Origin: Paraspadella gotoi
Lineage: Eukaryota; Animalia; Chaetognatha
Assembly (NCBI GenBank): GCA_051294375.1
Contig: CM119271.1
Location: 2,122,677-2,186,676, forward strand
Direction: 5' to 3'
DNA length: 64,000 nt
In this document: piece by piece, positions 23,147-38,900 of the stretch
Position numbering within the stretch: the first letter of the stretch is position 1
Layout: each line of letters opens with the position of its first letter
Translations under genes and position numbers: made by a program
Notes under the pieces: generated by a model
What the model was told of the DNA's origin: nothing
What the model saw: the letters and a program-made list of their open reading frames with translations, nothing else
Databases searched by the model: none

Positions 23147-25045
23147 TTAAAAGGTTAACCATGATTTAGGATTTTTAACAAGCATTCTGTCGATATTTTC
23201 GCCCGAAATTCCCCGAACTTTCATCATCGGAACCACGTTTTCCAGGATGTGGGAAAATCCGTGTCCGCCGAAAGCCTAAGGAAAATTAGGTAAAAGTAAT
23301 AAAGACTCCAGTTGGTGATTTTGACAAAGTAAGGTTAATTCGTGATTAGTCTTTCTTATTTTCCCTCAAAGCCGTATCACACCTTGAGTCGGTGCTTGGT
23401 ATGAATATCGTGCGCGATAGTGATTTTCTCGCCAAATCCGTTTTCGATGAGAAGTTTGATTCTTCGAATTCTCTCCGCGTCCGAAGGCATGTCGAGGCTG
23501 GGCAACAGCTGATTTTTTTTTATAAGTAAAGGTTGTGAATAAAATTACTTGCCAATTAAGGAAAGTAAAAGGTTCATTGACTACAATCAATCCTGGAGAA
23601 CAAACGGATTGAATCATTTAACATAAAGTAAAGTGTTATCTTCTAAACAGATTTAGCGCGAATGGCAAAAAATATCTTGACAAAACATTACCTGATAATG
23701 GGAGCACTCGGTTCCAAAAAGGTCGTATTCGCAATAAGATCCCAGATCGGCAAACTCGAGGATATCCTCGTCACTGAGATCGAATTAAGAATAAGGTCAA
23801 AGGTCATCGATCACAATAACCTTCCATAGGCTTCTCACCGTAACAAGGTCCGGTCCAAATGCGACATGACGGTCCTACCCGCGAAGCCGCCCGCCTCTTG
23901 GAAGATGCGGAGGATCTCGAAGGGGGAGTCACGGTGTCGGCCGGGGTGAATGATCGCGGGAGGAACGCGGGAGGAAGAGGAGGCGCCTTTTCAAGGGGGT
24001 GGGTGGGTAGGTTGAGATGACCATGGCGGGGATTTCGCAAGATAAGCAACTAACCTGATTGCACGAGACCGGCGGCTTGCAACGCTTTTTTCTCTGTTGC
24101 CGTCAGAGGCCACGAGCATCCTAGCTCGCCCATCACGCCACAACGCACCTCCGTTCCTGAGGACTCGATTAATTCAATAAAGATGATTTAACAGAAACTT
24201 TGAAAAATCATTTCTCACCCTCGCATCCTTCCTCCAACTCAGTCCTCATGTGCTCGGCCATCGATTCTACGGTCATGTTGGCGACGTGGGGCGGGAGGGC
24301 AGCGTCCACGTAAAATCCCGTACCAAGCACCACGTTGACGCCCGTCTGCAAAGCGCAAGCCATGAAGCGGCGAATAACTATCTCCTAATCACACATTCTC
24401 AAACCTCTTTCGTGACGCGACTAGCGAACTCTATATCCCGATTTATTCCGAGCGTCGTGTTGTCGACGACGGTTCCGCCGCCGGCCGCCTTGAACTCCTT
24501 CATCTCCTGCAGAACTTCCTCGTTGGCCTCGTGAAGATGGAGGTTTGGTTTGTGGGCGTAGGGGTACTGAGGGAAAGAAGACGACGGCAATTGCCAAAGG
24601 AGACTCGGTCTCTCGTTCGGTATAGTTACACTAATGCTATACACTATCTGGGATACAGCTTCCACTCTAATTCGCCTAAACCCCTCGAGAAAGGGAGCGT
24701 GAGAAAAAAGGATGATGGAAACGTATGTATTAATTTTAATATAATATTATCATTAATAACTAATGACCATTAACCAGACTTTTTTTTCTCAAAACAAAGT
24801 CAAACATCAGTTTTAAATTCCACAACTCAGACTCGCATCAATTACGCTCCAACACAAACACGAACCTGCCTTATCCAGCCAAGATCGGCGAGAGTGAATT
24901 CCGTCGGAGGCTCTTTGCCCGCGGGGAGATCGGCAGGGGTGTAGGCGACTTTTTCAAAGGTCATGCTGAGATGCTCGTGGGGTAGGACCACTCCAAGGTC
25001 GGTCGGAGATATTGGGCCAGTCGCTGTTTGGATGACGGGACCCAT
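23147..25045 (-). CDS. PTER: Phosphotriesterase-related protein
   Basis: [63 protein letters not shown] and [14 protein letters not shown]; multi-exon. Confidence 0.93.
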
Positions 25046-25662
25046 TTTCCACCCGCAGATTTTCTCGAAATTTTTGAGTTTCTGGACTATTAAATAATAA
25101 CAAAAATCAACACAGAATTGCGAATTAATCTTATTTGTTATTTCTCAATATAAGAAAAAGGCTTACTGAACATTGTGAAAACGTTGCTTAAATCTAATTA
25201 AAAATTTTACTATTAGTGACGATTCAATAAAACTTAGCGAATTAATTAAAAGTCTAATTTTAGAAACGTCTTAATACTATTGAATAATCTCTGGTGCCAA
25301 AAATTTTCGGTTATTGCACGTCGAAAATAAATGAACAACAAAAGCGGTGATTCGTTAAAAATTAAAAACTAAGACATGTAATTGTAAAGCGCGTTAATTT
25401 TAAAAAAACCTTTTTTGGCGTCGGAAGAAAGAATCTTTTTAAAATCGAAGGCTGGAATTGTAAAACTAAATTATTTGCCCCAGGGAGATTTGCGTCCCGA
25501 GTGAAAAAAGAAATCGTAAAAAAGTGGTGAGCTCTATATTATAGAGAACTTGTATATGGAACGTTGCCATAAAATCAGGCAACCACCTAAAATGTAACGT
25601 AAAATTCACACAAATCAAACTCCGAAAGGCAAGCTCGTCGCTTGAGCGGGCCGTTTCGCTCT

Positions 25663-27492
<1,830 letters not shown>

Positions 27493-27716
27493 GGCATTGG
27501 AACCGAATTAGGGATCGATCCGTTATCAAAATTGTCTGTGTTCTATAAATGAATAAAACAACTGAGTCTACATTTGCCCCACCCCCAAAAAATGTCATTT
27601 ACGACGAATTCTGTAATTCGGTATTGTATATGTGTACAACAATTGCTATAAAATATATATTAGCTTTTTTGTAAAAATATAGTCGTTTGTATACATAAAT
27701 ATCACCATAACCAAAT

Positions 27717-29680
27717 TCAATTAACAACGTCATCATGATCGTTGCCAAGTTGAACATCCAAATGCAACGGAGATTGGAAGCAGCGATTTTTGACGATCGA
27801 CTCCAGTCCCTCACCAGCGTAAGAAACAAGCGGGGAGATCTCACAGATCGGCATTTCCAATGCATCAAAGTCAACAGAATTCTCCTTCGTCAAATGAGGG
27901 AAAAGACGTCCTTGAGAATCCTGAAAAGTGGCACCCGCCCGAAGCATTCGTTTGACGTGAAGTCTAATCAGCGCATCGCGAGAAGTCGACGGCGTTTTCT
28001 TAAGAGAGCCTTTAGTTTAGAGAGAGTGTTAAAGCCAACTTTGTCTTCTTTTCAGTCATATTTTATAGAATAGCTTCCTTGCTTTACCATCGCTATTTTT
28101 AAGCGGAGCAAACTCGTCCTCTCTGGCAACTTCCCAAGCGACAAATTTTTTGGCAAAGGGAAAAACATCAAAGACGAACTTTTCCATTTTGATGCCATTC
28201 GCTTTCGTGGCTCTCACTTTCTGGCCCCCTGTAGTTTTATTTAGGGTTTAGGGTTAGTGTTTGGGGGATTTAGTGTTAAGGTAATTAAGTAATAATTTTT
28301 CTAATTTAAAAAAAATATTTATTATTAATTAGTTTTTAAAAAAAAGCCAAAACCTCAGTCGGCGAAAGTAAAATTTCATCTAAACATTTTTTTTTCATTC
28401 CATAAAACCATTACCTTCATTAATAAAATTAATCTTTTTATAAGCGACGTGATGTTTAAGTTTTGTCTCATGACGGTCAATGACGTCCTGTAAAAAGGGA
28501 ACTGTGAAAAAGTGGTCACAGATGTTGCCCAGGCCGAAAATTAATCTCCCGTCGCAACTCCGACGCTCGGCGATGGACCAAGGGATTTCCGAGTCTTTCA
28601 AAAACTGAAATATTTTTCAACCAAGATTATATGCACAAAACTAGCAGTTAATTTGGCGAGTCCCTAGTGAGACCCCCACCTTAAACTCGCCGTTAACTTT
28701 GCACAAAACCCCGAGTCCATCACGAGGCTCCGATTTTTCTACGACCTTCGAGCCGCACTCAGCACCTTTCTCAATACAGTACCCGATGAACGCGGGGTCA
28801 CCGACTTTGACTAAAATGTTGTCCACGCAAAAGACATGAACATACTGGACGCCCCGTCGCCGCATATCATCAAGCATCCGGCATTGCTCGATGGCTTTGT
28901 ACAAGCCGCCATTTCCATCAGGGGCACGGGCAATCTTGTGAGTTTCTTCCATCAGTATCTTGCCTTTCGGGTCAAGGCACGGAATTGTGTTTTGCTTAAA
29001 AAGGAGGACGTCCTCTTGCTCAAGGCCAAAAAAATTTTGCCTTTGAAAAAAGGACATAGTTTGGTCGTGAGTTGCCTTACTGGTCATTATGTACCACGGA
29101 ATTAAGGTATGTTTCGACCTACCCGAGGTCAAATTAGCAAACTTTGAAGAGGCGAGCTCTTTAAGCTTTAAAATTTGCTCAGCCTGTAGCTGGAAAAGGG
29201 TTTTCCCTGAAGGGAGACCAACGTCGTACATGCCTTTGGGATAGTCAATCCCGAGCCGTGTGGCCTGACCACCAGCAAGAAGCAGCATTGCCGTTTCACC
29301 ATTGGCCATAGAATTTAAGCCGATTTCCTCATAGCTTATTAATTTTGCCTCGTCTAATCGTGCCGTGCTGACTTGGGAATCTCCAGGCAAAGGTTCGGGC
29401 AAACCGTAAGCTCGTCCACCAGTCAACTCATTAGAGNNNNNNNNNNTCCAGGCAAAGGTTCGAGCAAACCGTAAGCTCGTCCACCAGTCAACTCAGAGCC
29501 AAAGGTGGCCTGGTTAAAATTGGCCAACAATTGCTCTAAGTTTAATTCATCAAGATCCTGCAGAAGTAAACGCTTTTTACGTGCGTCGAGTTGATCCCAA
29601 AAGCGTACGAGATGATTCTGGCCATAGAGAGATAATTTTTGGATAAGGTCATGAGGCAGTTCGGTTAATGCATCGGCCAT
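27717..29680 (-). CDS. UAP1: UDP-N-acetylhexosamine pyrophosphorylase, divergent tandem paralog b (spans an assembly gap)
   Basis: Same exon structure as copy a. Has [20 protein letters not shown] and [10 protein letters not shown], but FLKDSEI replaces VVEYSEI. The ORF is broken only by the N gap, whose flanks are duplicated. Confidence 0.9.
29437..29446. other. Assembly gap (10 N) with about 49 bp of overlapping flank
   Basis: TCCAGGCAAAGGTTCG(G/A)GCAAACCGTAAGCTCGTCCACCAGTCAACTCA occurs at both 29382-29430 and 29447-29495. Confidence 0.9.
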
Positions 29681-30482
29681 GACATTGCAATAAAGTAGAA
29701 CAGCGCGGGTTCTGATATTGCAAATTGTTTAATGTCTATGAACTGGGAATGTGAGAATTATGAAAAATTCAGGAGCGATTGTCAATAATTATTAATAAAA
29801 GTGATAGTTTAAATAAAAAACTACTGTTTTTCGTCGGTTTGTATTTCAAATAAGAGGAATTACTGGGAATGTTTGGTCGTGAGGTTGATTTTTAAAAAAA
29901 TAAATAAATATTAAAGATGGAAAGAAAGAGTATGATATCATATGAAGTTTAAGGCGGCTTACAACAAAAAAAACTATCTCAGCGAGAAACTATCCAATTT
30001 GAACTATTTTTAAGCTAACTTGTTCAAATAAGCCGGAAAAACGCTTCCGGTATGGTCATAAGCTCATGATTTATACGTTTACCTTTACTACCGCTTACGT
30101 ATTCGGCTTACGTGACCATTCTTAATTTCATAAATGGTGTTCATAGCAATAAATATCAAGTTCGATCGTACGCAATCTTCAGAAAAATCATACAATATAC
30201 ATATCACAGTTGAAAAAAAGTATCCTTTTAATCACACGATTGCTTTTTTGTTTTGTTTTTCGCAAACCGACCGACCGACACCAGCTTTAACCGGCTTCGG
30301 ACACGCCCACAATCTGTTACATCCGGGAGTACGCTTTGGAGAATCACATCCGGCAGTGACGAAAGGACGGAATGAAGCGAGTAGGGAATAAAAAGAGTTG
30401 CGCTACACGATTCGGCGGGAATTTTTTTTAGATTGGAGACTTAAAAAGGGGCGTTCAGGAAAAGGGGGGGGGTGATAGAATT

Positions 30483-32653
30483 TCAACCGAATCCATCGTC
30501 TTGGATTTCCGGCGCTGAATCGAGAGTCTCGACCACTTGGACGAACGAAGGTCGTCGCTTCGGATCGAAGCTGCAGCAGACGACGGCGGCGTCGAGGAGA
30601 AAAGGCGGCGCGCCGACGCCGTGGGTCGAGAGGAAGGCGTCCGTATCGAGAGCAAATTCCTAGAGGAGAGGGAGGGTGGATTAAGTGGATGTTTTTCTCA
30701 TTACAAATTATTTCTAAAACTCATTTCCTTATCTCCCGCTTGCAGTTCAATACACTACACTACTACAATACACTACTAGGTCCCAATTTCTGACAAAAAC
30801 CACCTGCGTCCTGATCAACACGTCGGGATCCGCTTCGATCCTCCCCACCGTCTGACACACGATGATCCCGAAGGAAAAGACGTCGACCTTCTCGTCGTAG
30901 GGTTCGCCCACGAGACATTCCGGCGCCATCCAGTAAGCCGTGCCCACGGTGGCCAGCCTCTTCGAGGATCGCGCCGTGGAAATTTTGGCTGCGAGTCCGA
31001 AGTCGCCGACGAGCGCCGAATAGCGCGGCGCGCCGGGGATGTCGTCTTCGGCCGGCGTCGTCTCTTCCTTTCTCACCAACACGTTCTTTGAGGTGAGGTC
31101 GCGATGGAAGATCCCGCGGGAATGGAGGTAGGCCATTCCACGGGAAATGTCAACGACGAGCCCCGATCGGAGGCGCCAGGGCAGATGGACGTGGCTGTTA
31201 AGGACGGAAATAAGGGAGCGGAAATTAAACTCAATTAAACTCACGATGCATCGTAGAAAACAGAGTCTGCTGACTGCGTCTATTTAATAGAATAACGTTA
31301 AAGGAAAATAATTAGAAAATGATAACGGCATCCGCCCAAAACTCACTTCTCTTTATCGAGCAGCATTTGTTCCAAGTTTCCCCCGTTGATAAACTCCGTC
31401 AGCGGGTGCAGCTGACCGTCGTCCACGCAGACGCCGACAAAGCGCAAGATGTTCGGATGATGCATCTGCTTTAGAAGCTGCGTCTCCTTCAGCGCGTTGG
31501 GTCTATTCTTTTTGTTCGTGTTGAGTTTGAGGACCATCACCTGAAGAACAGGATGAGGGATCAGGAGGGTGACAGATTCAGGAGATATTGAAACAAGAAC
31601 GGAGATTCCAATGTGTGTTGCGCCGCAGTAACTTTCTTATCACGTATATTTCCGTATATATTTGATACGTATTTCATCGAAATATGTTTTTTATTTTCAT
31701 ATATTTTTTTACAAACTATAGGTAGCACTAGCAGTCGCTTAGATTCATATCAACGAAAATAATAAGAGCAACCAAATATAAACGAATTTGAATTTTGGGT
31801 CATGTGATCAATTTTTAAAGTGATCACTTGACTTCTCAAGTATATTAAATAATTATATATGCACGTTAAAGGTCTTACGGTGCCTTTCTTGATAAAATAT
31901 TACTCGAAAGAACATTTTTAACCAAAGGGTAACAGACCGGTGGTCAGACAGACCGACCGACCGACAAGTGACTTAAAGAGTTGCTACGCGATTCTCGCGG
32001 CGCAACTAAATAGATAAATATCGCAAATTTCATACCTCTTTGGTGAGCTTGTGTGTGACTTTAAAGACTTGAGAAAAGAATCCAGCGGCGATCCTCTCTC
32101 GGACAAAGTCATCGAGCCGGTGCAGGGAGGAGACGGCGGCGACGACGGCGTCGAAGGAACTCGAGGCGAGCACCGCCACCGGGGCGCTGAAATCGGAACT
32201 CACGAGATTCGGCTCCGCCGGTGCAGCGGCGGCGGCATCCTCCCGGTCGTCCAAGAATGGATCGGGCGGAGATTCGATTGGCGGCGGAAAAGGAACGACG
32301 ATCGAGTTCTCCCCCGACGCCCACGACGAAGCGGAATCGGTCGATGCGAGGTCGAGTCTCCGCCGCAACGTCTCCACGGGGTCGAGCGAGGGCGTCGATG
32401 AGGCGTTCGGGGCGCTGAGCGGAGAGGGAGTCGAAAGGCGCGGGGGAATGGAGGAGTTGGTCTCGTCTCTGGACGTGGGGGAATCGGTAAAAGTGCGGAG
32501 GGAAGCCGGAAGGACGGGAGAGACGAAGCCGTTTCTCGGCGGAGCTTTTCCACCGGGGCCGACTTCTGCCAACTCGGAATCGTCTGAACGAAACGACGAT
32601 TCGAACCTCTCGGCCGAAGACGACGACTCTTCGCCGTCGACGTCTGAATCCAT
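30483..32653 (-). CDS. TESK: TESK/cdi-like dual-specificity kinase (LIMK/TESK family)
   Basis: [56 protein letters not shown] and EADPDVL. No LIM or PDZ domains, so TESK rather than LIMK. Confidence 0.9.
31617..32010 (+). mobile_element. Non-autonomous element (Helentron/HINE-like or MITE) in TESK intron 1
   Basis: Inverted repeats GTTGCGCCGC (31617-31626) and GCGGCGCAAC (31997-32006), a (GACC)n microsatellite and a 3' hairpin AGTTGC...GCAACT. A related remnant (CGACCGACCGAC...AAAGAGTTGCGCTACACGATTC) lies at about 30267-30420. Confidence 0.5.
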
Positions 32654-32960
32654 CGATCCTTCTTCTCAAAGAGACGACTTGGCGGGTAAAGTCATCCTCG
32701 TCGCGGAGGAGAGAGCCGTTCGTTGACCCCTGCCGCTCTCGCCGCCGTCACTCTCGACCACGCCCACTCTCGGCGGAGAGTAACCATCATCTAAGTTCGA
32801 TTGCGAGATCTTATCCTCCTTCGCTTTTCGTTCTTTTATAAAAAAAATCTTTCCGTGATATAGCTAAAAATAACAAAAACAACGAAAAGGAAATTTAAAT
32901 AACAAAAAAGGTATAAAAAAGCAAAATACGAATAATAAATAGTAAATAGAAAATAAATAA

Positions 32961-35900
32961 TTATGCGGACGACGACAAGACGCCGTCGATAATCTCTATA
33001 TTTCGGTAAAAGTAAACCGATGTTTGTGTCTTGCATTCGCGTGAATTGGCTGGCGCGTAGTGGAAGTTGGTTTGACCCCAGTTGACCTTGAGATCGGTTC
33101 GAGAGAGAACGGGAGCGACGACGATGTCAACTCCCGACACCGAATCTACGGTTCTCCCGGAACGCGAAGCCGGAAAAGGAAAGTCGAAAAAACGAAAGGA
33201 GGCGACTCCGTCCTTGACGACAAAGACTCTAAATTCGGTCGAAGAGTTAACGTCGCCTTCACGGACGAGTCCAACTCCGATCGTTGTGGAACCGGCGATC
33301 GAACACGTCGATCCGTTGGGAAGCGTCAATAGGTGACGGTCGGAATCGCGCGAGATCAAAACGGTCAAGTCATTCGTCGGTGTCGTCTCCACGATGTGGT
33401 TCCGCTCATGCAAAGTGGTGACCCGAAAACCGGCTAAGAGAGAGGCGGCCAGACAATCGACGAGGCATTCGAAGTAGGCGACAGGCGTCGGGCCGGGTTC
33501 GGCAGTGTGGGGAAAAAGCGCCGCCGCCTCGCCTCGAATAATATTTTTCACTCGAAAAGCGTCCTTGCGGGTTAAGGAAGAGGCGTTAGGGATGCCGTCG
33601 ACGGCGGTCAAATCCTCGCGCGATCGGCAGAGACTAGAAAATTTGTGTTTGAGATCCAAAGTCGTGGGTTTGGAGATTCCGCCACGCCCACCAATTCGTC
33701 TGGCGTCATGCCCATCGCTCCGCTCGCCGTCAAGGTCCTTGTCCGATCCCCAAGAGGAGGAGACGGGGTCGACGGCGGAGCAGGCGCCGGCCCCAGAACA
33801 AGAACTCGATCGATGTTTTCCCGCATCGACGACTGAGAGCGACTCGGTGTTCGAAAAGACTTTGTCGGCAACATCATCGGCCGCCTTGCCCTCGATCAAT
33901 ACTTGGGAAACGTAGTCATCGACGCTGAAGAAACCTGGCGGCATGTTGTAACGGAAGTTGGAGGCGCCGAAGTTGAAAGAGCACATTTGATCCGTGGCGA
34001 AGGAGGCGGCCGGGTACCTAGTGGGATTACAATTGTGATTTGATGGACAAAAAATACTTTCACTTGTAAATCTACTATGAAATATTTAGATATTATTTTG
34101 ACATTGCGTATTTACTTTCTTTGTCGTTGCGTTTTGAATTTAGGGAAAAAACTGTTTTTGAATTGTTTAACGACTAACAAATTGTCTAATATAATTCGTT
34201 GTTAAACAATTCAAAAACTGTTTTTTCCCTAGATATTATTTTGAAAACTAAATCATTATAAAACCTTATTAAATATGTTCCGGTAATAATGAAAACCGAA
34301 AAAAAGCGAAATAAACTGCCACAATATGCAAATGAGATTGAATAACTCATTTCGATTTGAAATAAAACACAAAATACTCCCGAAATCCCTTAACTCCTTA
34401 CCAAGTGTACTTTCTGACGTCGACCCCGACGAACGCCAGGCCCATCGATTGCCCCCCGAGCCAATACTCAATCTCGCCCACACCGTCACGGTTACGCAAT
34501 AAGCAGCTCACCACGTCGTCTGATAATGAAAGCGAGAGATATAGTTAAAATAAATTTAATAAAGCTACGAAAAATCTATTAAATTATAACAAGAAGAATT
34601 AACCTTCATTCCATTCTCGGCCGTAGTTGTTCTCCCTCTCTGTCGTGACGGGTCCGTTCCAAGTTTTACATCGAGACCCGTCGAAGGCGAAAGACCATTT
34701 GCTGTCGCCGACGCCCATGCCTTCTACCGGTTGGAAAAGGGAGTTCTGTGAAAAAAGGATCAAAGGTGAACATCAATGAATGTTATGAGCGATGAGTTAG
34801 TCAGCTGCTGTTACCTTCGCTGCCCATCCGAGTTGAATGATTCCGGAACTTAACAGCGTAACTTCAAAATACCATCCTTTAGGAGGATCCGTATGACGCG
34901 CAAAGCACTCCAATCTAACAGAAAAATAATATCAAATAATCTAATACAAGGAAGTGGTTTTTTCATATAATTAAAACATTCTTTGAAATATTATAACACT
35001 TCTTTGATAGGGAAGCCAGGTACTCTTAGAGTGAATAAACAAGACTGTGAGAGAGTCTTGATTGAAAGCTTGCAGGGATCTGCTAAGTCTTATTTTGTAA
35101 GAGTGATGGAAGCCTTAAACCACCAAAGCCTGTCCAAAGTTATGGTCAAGATATCTTATTTATTAAATGAATGGATAATATTTATATTGGTTAATAATAA
35201 AATAATGAATGTAATTGACGGCAACGCCAAGTTTTCCCTCCAGACCGATTTTACCCACCCGCCCACGCCGTGCGTCGCCCTCCCGCTCTCAAAAGTCCAG
35301 TTGATGTTAGTGGCGTCCAACCGGGATCCGGACAAAAGGAGACCAGGCGTCTTGTCTTGAGCCGACATGGTGACCCCCTGGAAAGAGGAGGGGTCGATTT
35401 CCGGCGCCGTGGCCAGTGCGGCGATGGCGGCGGAGGATGGAATGGAGATCCACTGTTTGAGGACGGCGTTAGAGCAAGTGAGGACGCTCCACGCGCCGTA
35501 GACGGCTTTGAGACGGAGCGCGTCGTCGAGCCAATCCTCGCAGATTTCGCGAGGAATTTGGGTCAGATTGGATAAGAGGACGAGGGAGGATCTGGCGACG
35601 GAAGTGAATAATTCGTCGAACTGCGGATCGAAAACGGGCAAGAGAATGAACTCGTCGTCTTCCTGACCGACAGAAACCGACGATTCTGGCCGACGCTCGG
35701 CGTCCCGATCGACAGACATTCGTTCCGAATTAGATTTCTCGGTCATGGAATCTTTCTTCTCATCTTCGTCATTAGACGGAGCCGAATTGACGACTGGCAG
35801 CGGCATTTTAGTCGGCGTGGCTTTTCCGTCGCCGCCGGCCCCTATGTCGGTTCTCGGCGTCGATGGGGCTCGTTTTTCCGGCGATTTCGCGCCGATTGTC

Positions 35901-38900
35901 ACGTCGCCGTCGCCGCCGACGATCCGGTTCTCTTCTTCCACCGACGGCGTGAAAAAGCGTTCGCCCGGAGTCGAGGCTTCCGGCGTGACATACCAGGGGG
36001 GCGAGGCCGAGACTTTGTCGCCCGGAGACGTCACCGAGAATCGAAAAGAGCCGGAATTCTTTGGTGTGGGGAGAGAGAGAGAGAGAATGAGAGAGAGAAA
36101 AGAGAGATTATCTTATAATACTTTGAACTTTATAGCATAAAGTAAAATAAAACAATAAATCAATTAAGTCTCTCAATTAAATCTCACCCGCATCGAGTGT
36201 CGACGATCGACGGCATCCAATTCCGCGTGCTTTCCCGCTCCTGCTGCTGCTGCTGCTCCATCAGACGATCGCGACGACAAACGCTTCATCTCGTCGTTGG
36301 CGACGTTGACGTCGCCCATCATGTCGATCCAAATTCGGACGAGGCGTTGGAGGAGATTCGCCACGAGGTCTGCGATCATCATGGTATATAACTAATATTT
36401 TTTTTATTTACTCTTAAATTTACACTTGACATTAAACTATTAACAACGCTATACCTATTAGATCCTCCCCGATGAGCGTCTCCGCGCCCTCCGAATTCAT
36501 GGCGACGACGGAAAGAATTCGCAAACAACCGACGGCGTGGGGGACTGAACCGAGAAAAAAAACAAACAATTTAATTCATTCTATCAAAATAAACTTAGTT
36601 TTCCTAAACAAACAAAAAAGTCCCCCTCCCTTATTTGTTCGTAACCTAAAAGCCTGTCGGAAGCATCCGGGTCCGACTCCCGCTTCTCGGCGATGCGATC
36701 GAGTCGATCAACCAAAAGTCTGATCATCGCGAAGAATGAACCGAGAACGCGGCTCGACGTTAAGAGTCGTTGACACCTCCAGTGGCGACACAGGATCTCC
36801 ACCAGTTCCAGTTCTTCGCAGAGAGAGGCTTCGTCTTTGGGAAAATTATTCCGTAGTAGTTAAATAAATATTATTAAGAAGGCGACCAAATTTATTAATA
36901 CCTCCTCGTTGATGTTTGCCGAGACTGACGAGCAGAGGTTCCAGCGCCGATCGCGCCACGGCGGAAGAAGCCACGTCGGCGAAAGACATCGATTGTGACA
37001 GATGAATTTCAACGGGAATCGAATCTGATTCGGAAGAGTCGCGTTGCCCGGAAGAGGGATGGGCGGGAATGTCGTGATCGAGAAGACCCACGTTGTAGGA
37101 TAAGACGCGAAAAGAGCTGGAGTCGTCAACTTCGCCTAAATATTTTCAAGAATGAAAAAAAAAAAATTTTAAATAAATTGTAATTACATATTAACTTATT
37201 TATTTATACCCACGATGACGCAAGTCTCTCCATCGCCGGGCGTCGACGGTCGTCTGGGCCTGTCGCCGAATTCGCCTTCCCGCAAAATCTGCGTCAGAAG
37301 CTGCGCAGGCGGCGCCCTTTCGCCCGGGCGGCGCCACCAGACGAGAACGACGCGAGAGGGCTGCGCGCAATGAAAGGCGAGAGAATCGAGGTCGGGCGCG
37401 CCCGGTAGCGCCGACTTCGTCGGAGGGTGATCCCAAAAGGGCAACTGCAAATCGTTGTCCGGAGTCAGCGGTCTTTGGATCATTCTTCGAGCGAGATCAG
37501 CCGCCGTTCTCCTGGGCGTGCCCGGCACCGGACCGCCCCGCCGAGACGTGATAACGGAGGACATGTCGGTGAGAACGGCACCGGCGCAAGAAGGGTCGAC
37601 CAGGACAATGGCGACCGATGAAGAACGGTTGACGGTGATCTGGAAAAAGAATTAAATTTACGTAAGGAAAGGAATATAAACGTCCAAATCAGTTGAGGAA
37701 ACCCAACCTGATTAGCTTGGCCGGGAATCGGGCGGTCCAGGCCATCGCTCTTCCGGTCGCAGAGGCGAACGACTAGAGATTCGTCGTCAACGTTGACTTG
37801 AATCATCAGCAACTCGCGAGTGTGGCTCAGCATGGTGAGAGTCTTGGCCGCCATCACTGCTATCTGCGTAATAGAATTCTGAACATCTGATAGATGTATT
37901 TGTTCGAAATGGCGGGATATTGACAAACGATACGAACCTGACCACGCGACGTGTTCGAAGAGGGACATCCCTTGTCGACAAGGCGGAGAAGAATTCCGAC
38001 ACCGCCGTGATGTAGGATCGCCTTTTGCGCTGCCTTGGAAAAGGAAGAAAACCAAAACGATAGGTCGACTGAAGAGTAAATTCGGTTTAAACTTTAATAT
38101 TCTTTTGTTTGCCCCCTCACCTTTGACGTCATGGCGAGATTGAGAAGCGAGGCGACGGCCCAGAGTAAGAGATCCGGATCGATCGGCGTCGACGACGACG
38201 ACGACGACGGTGAAGTGTCCATGTAGGACAGGACGGCTTCCACGATCCCTGCGCGGAGAAGACGTCCGTGGATTCGCTCGTCGGAGCAGAAGAAGCCCAG
38301 GGTCTCAGCAAGAAGGCGTGAGAGGAAAGGGTCTCTGAAGAAAAAGAACAAAAAAAGGAAGTGAAAGTAAACAACGCGGTGGATCGACGCCACCTGCTTC
38401 CACTTACTTCAAATGCCGGATTGAGATGAGAGATTCCAAGAGGTCGCCCTTGTCACCCCGCCGACGCGAAAAGGAGAGAAGGTCAGAGGTCATGGGCGGG
38501 CCTAACATGGCTAAGTCGTGGAGCAGGAGGAGACACCAATAGACCAGCTCCCTTTAGTGTGGGAAGAGAAGCTCGTTTGAAATGAATACGAGAAAAATAT
38601 AGAGTAGCTTTCAAAAACTGACCTATCGGCTTGAGAAGGATCGCCCACGAAACATATTAGGGAAATCTTTTGCAGGACCTCGCGGTTGTATAAAATTTGC
38701 AGCCGAAACAATTCCGAGCCTGAGGAAGAAACAGATTATTGTTCGAATTATTCTAATTAACCGAAACGGTGATAAGACTCACCCGAAGACAGCTGGTAAA
38801 TGATCTTGAGCAAGAGAGATCGGTGAGAGTCGTCGGCGAGCGCCAAGGCCCTGGCCAAACACGAGAAGATCCCTGGCGTCTGAGCGACGGACTTGACCTC

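Noticed and set aside
28241-28280. TTAGGG-like telomeric repeats
   Set aside because: Only two or three degenerate units inside an intron.
29382-29495. Apparent 49-bp tandem duplication and frameshift in UAP1 copy b
   Set aside because: The copies flank a 10-N gap and differ by one base, so this is an unmerged contig overlap, not a pseudogenising lesion.
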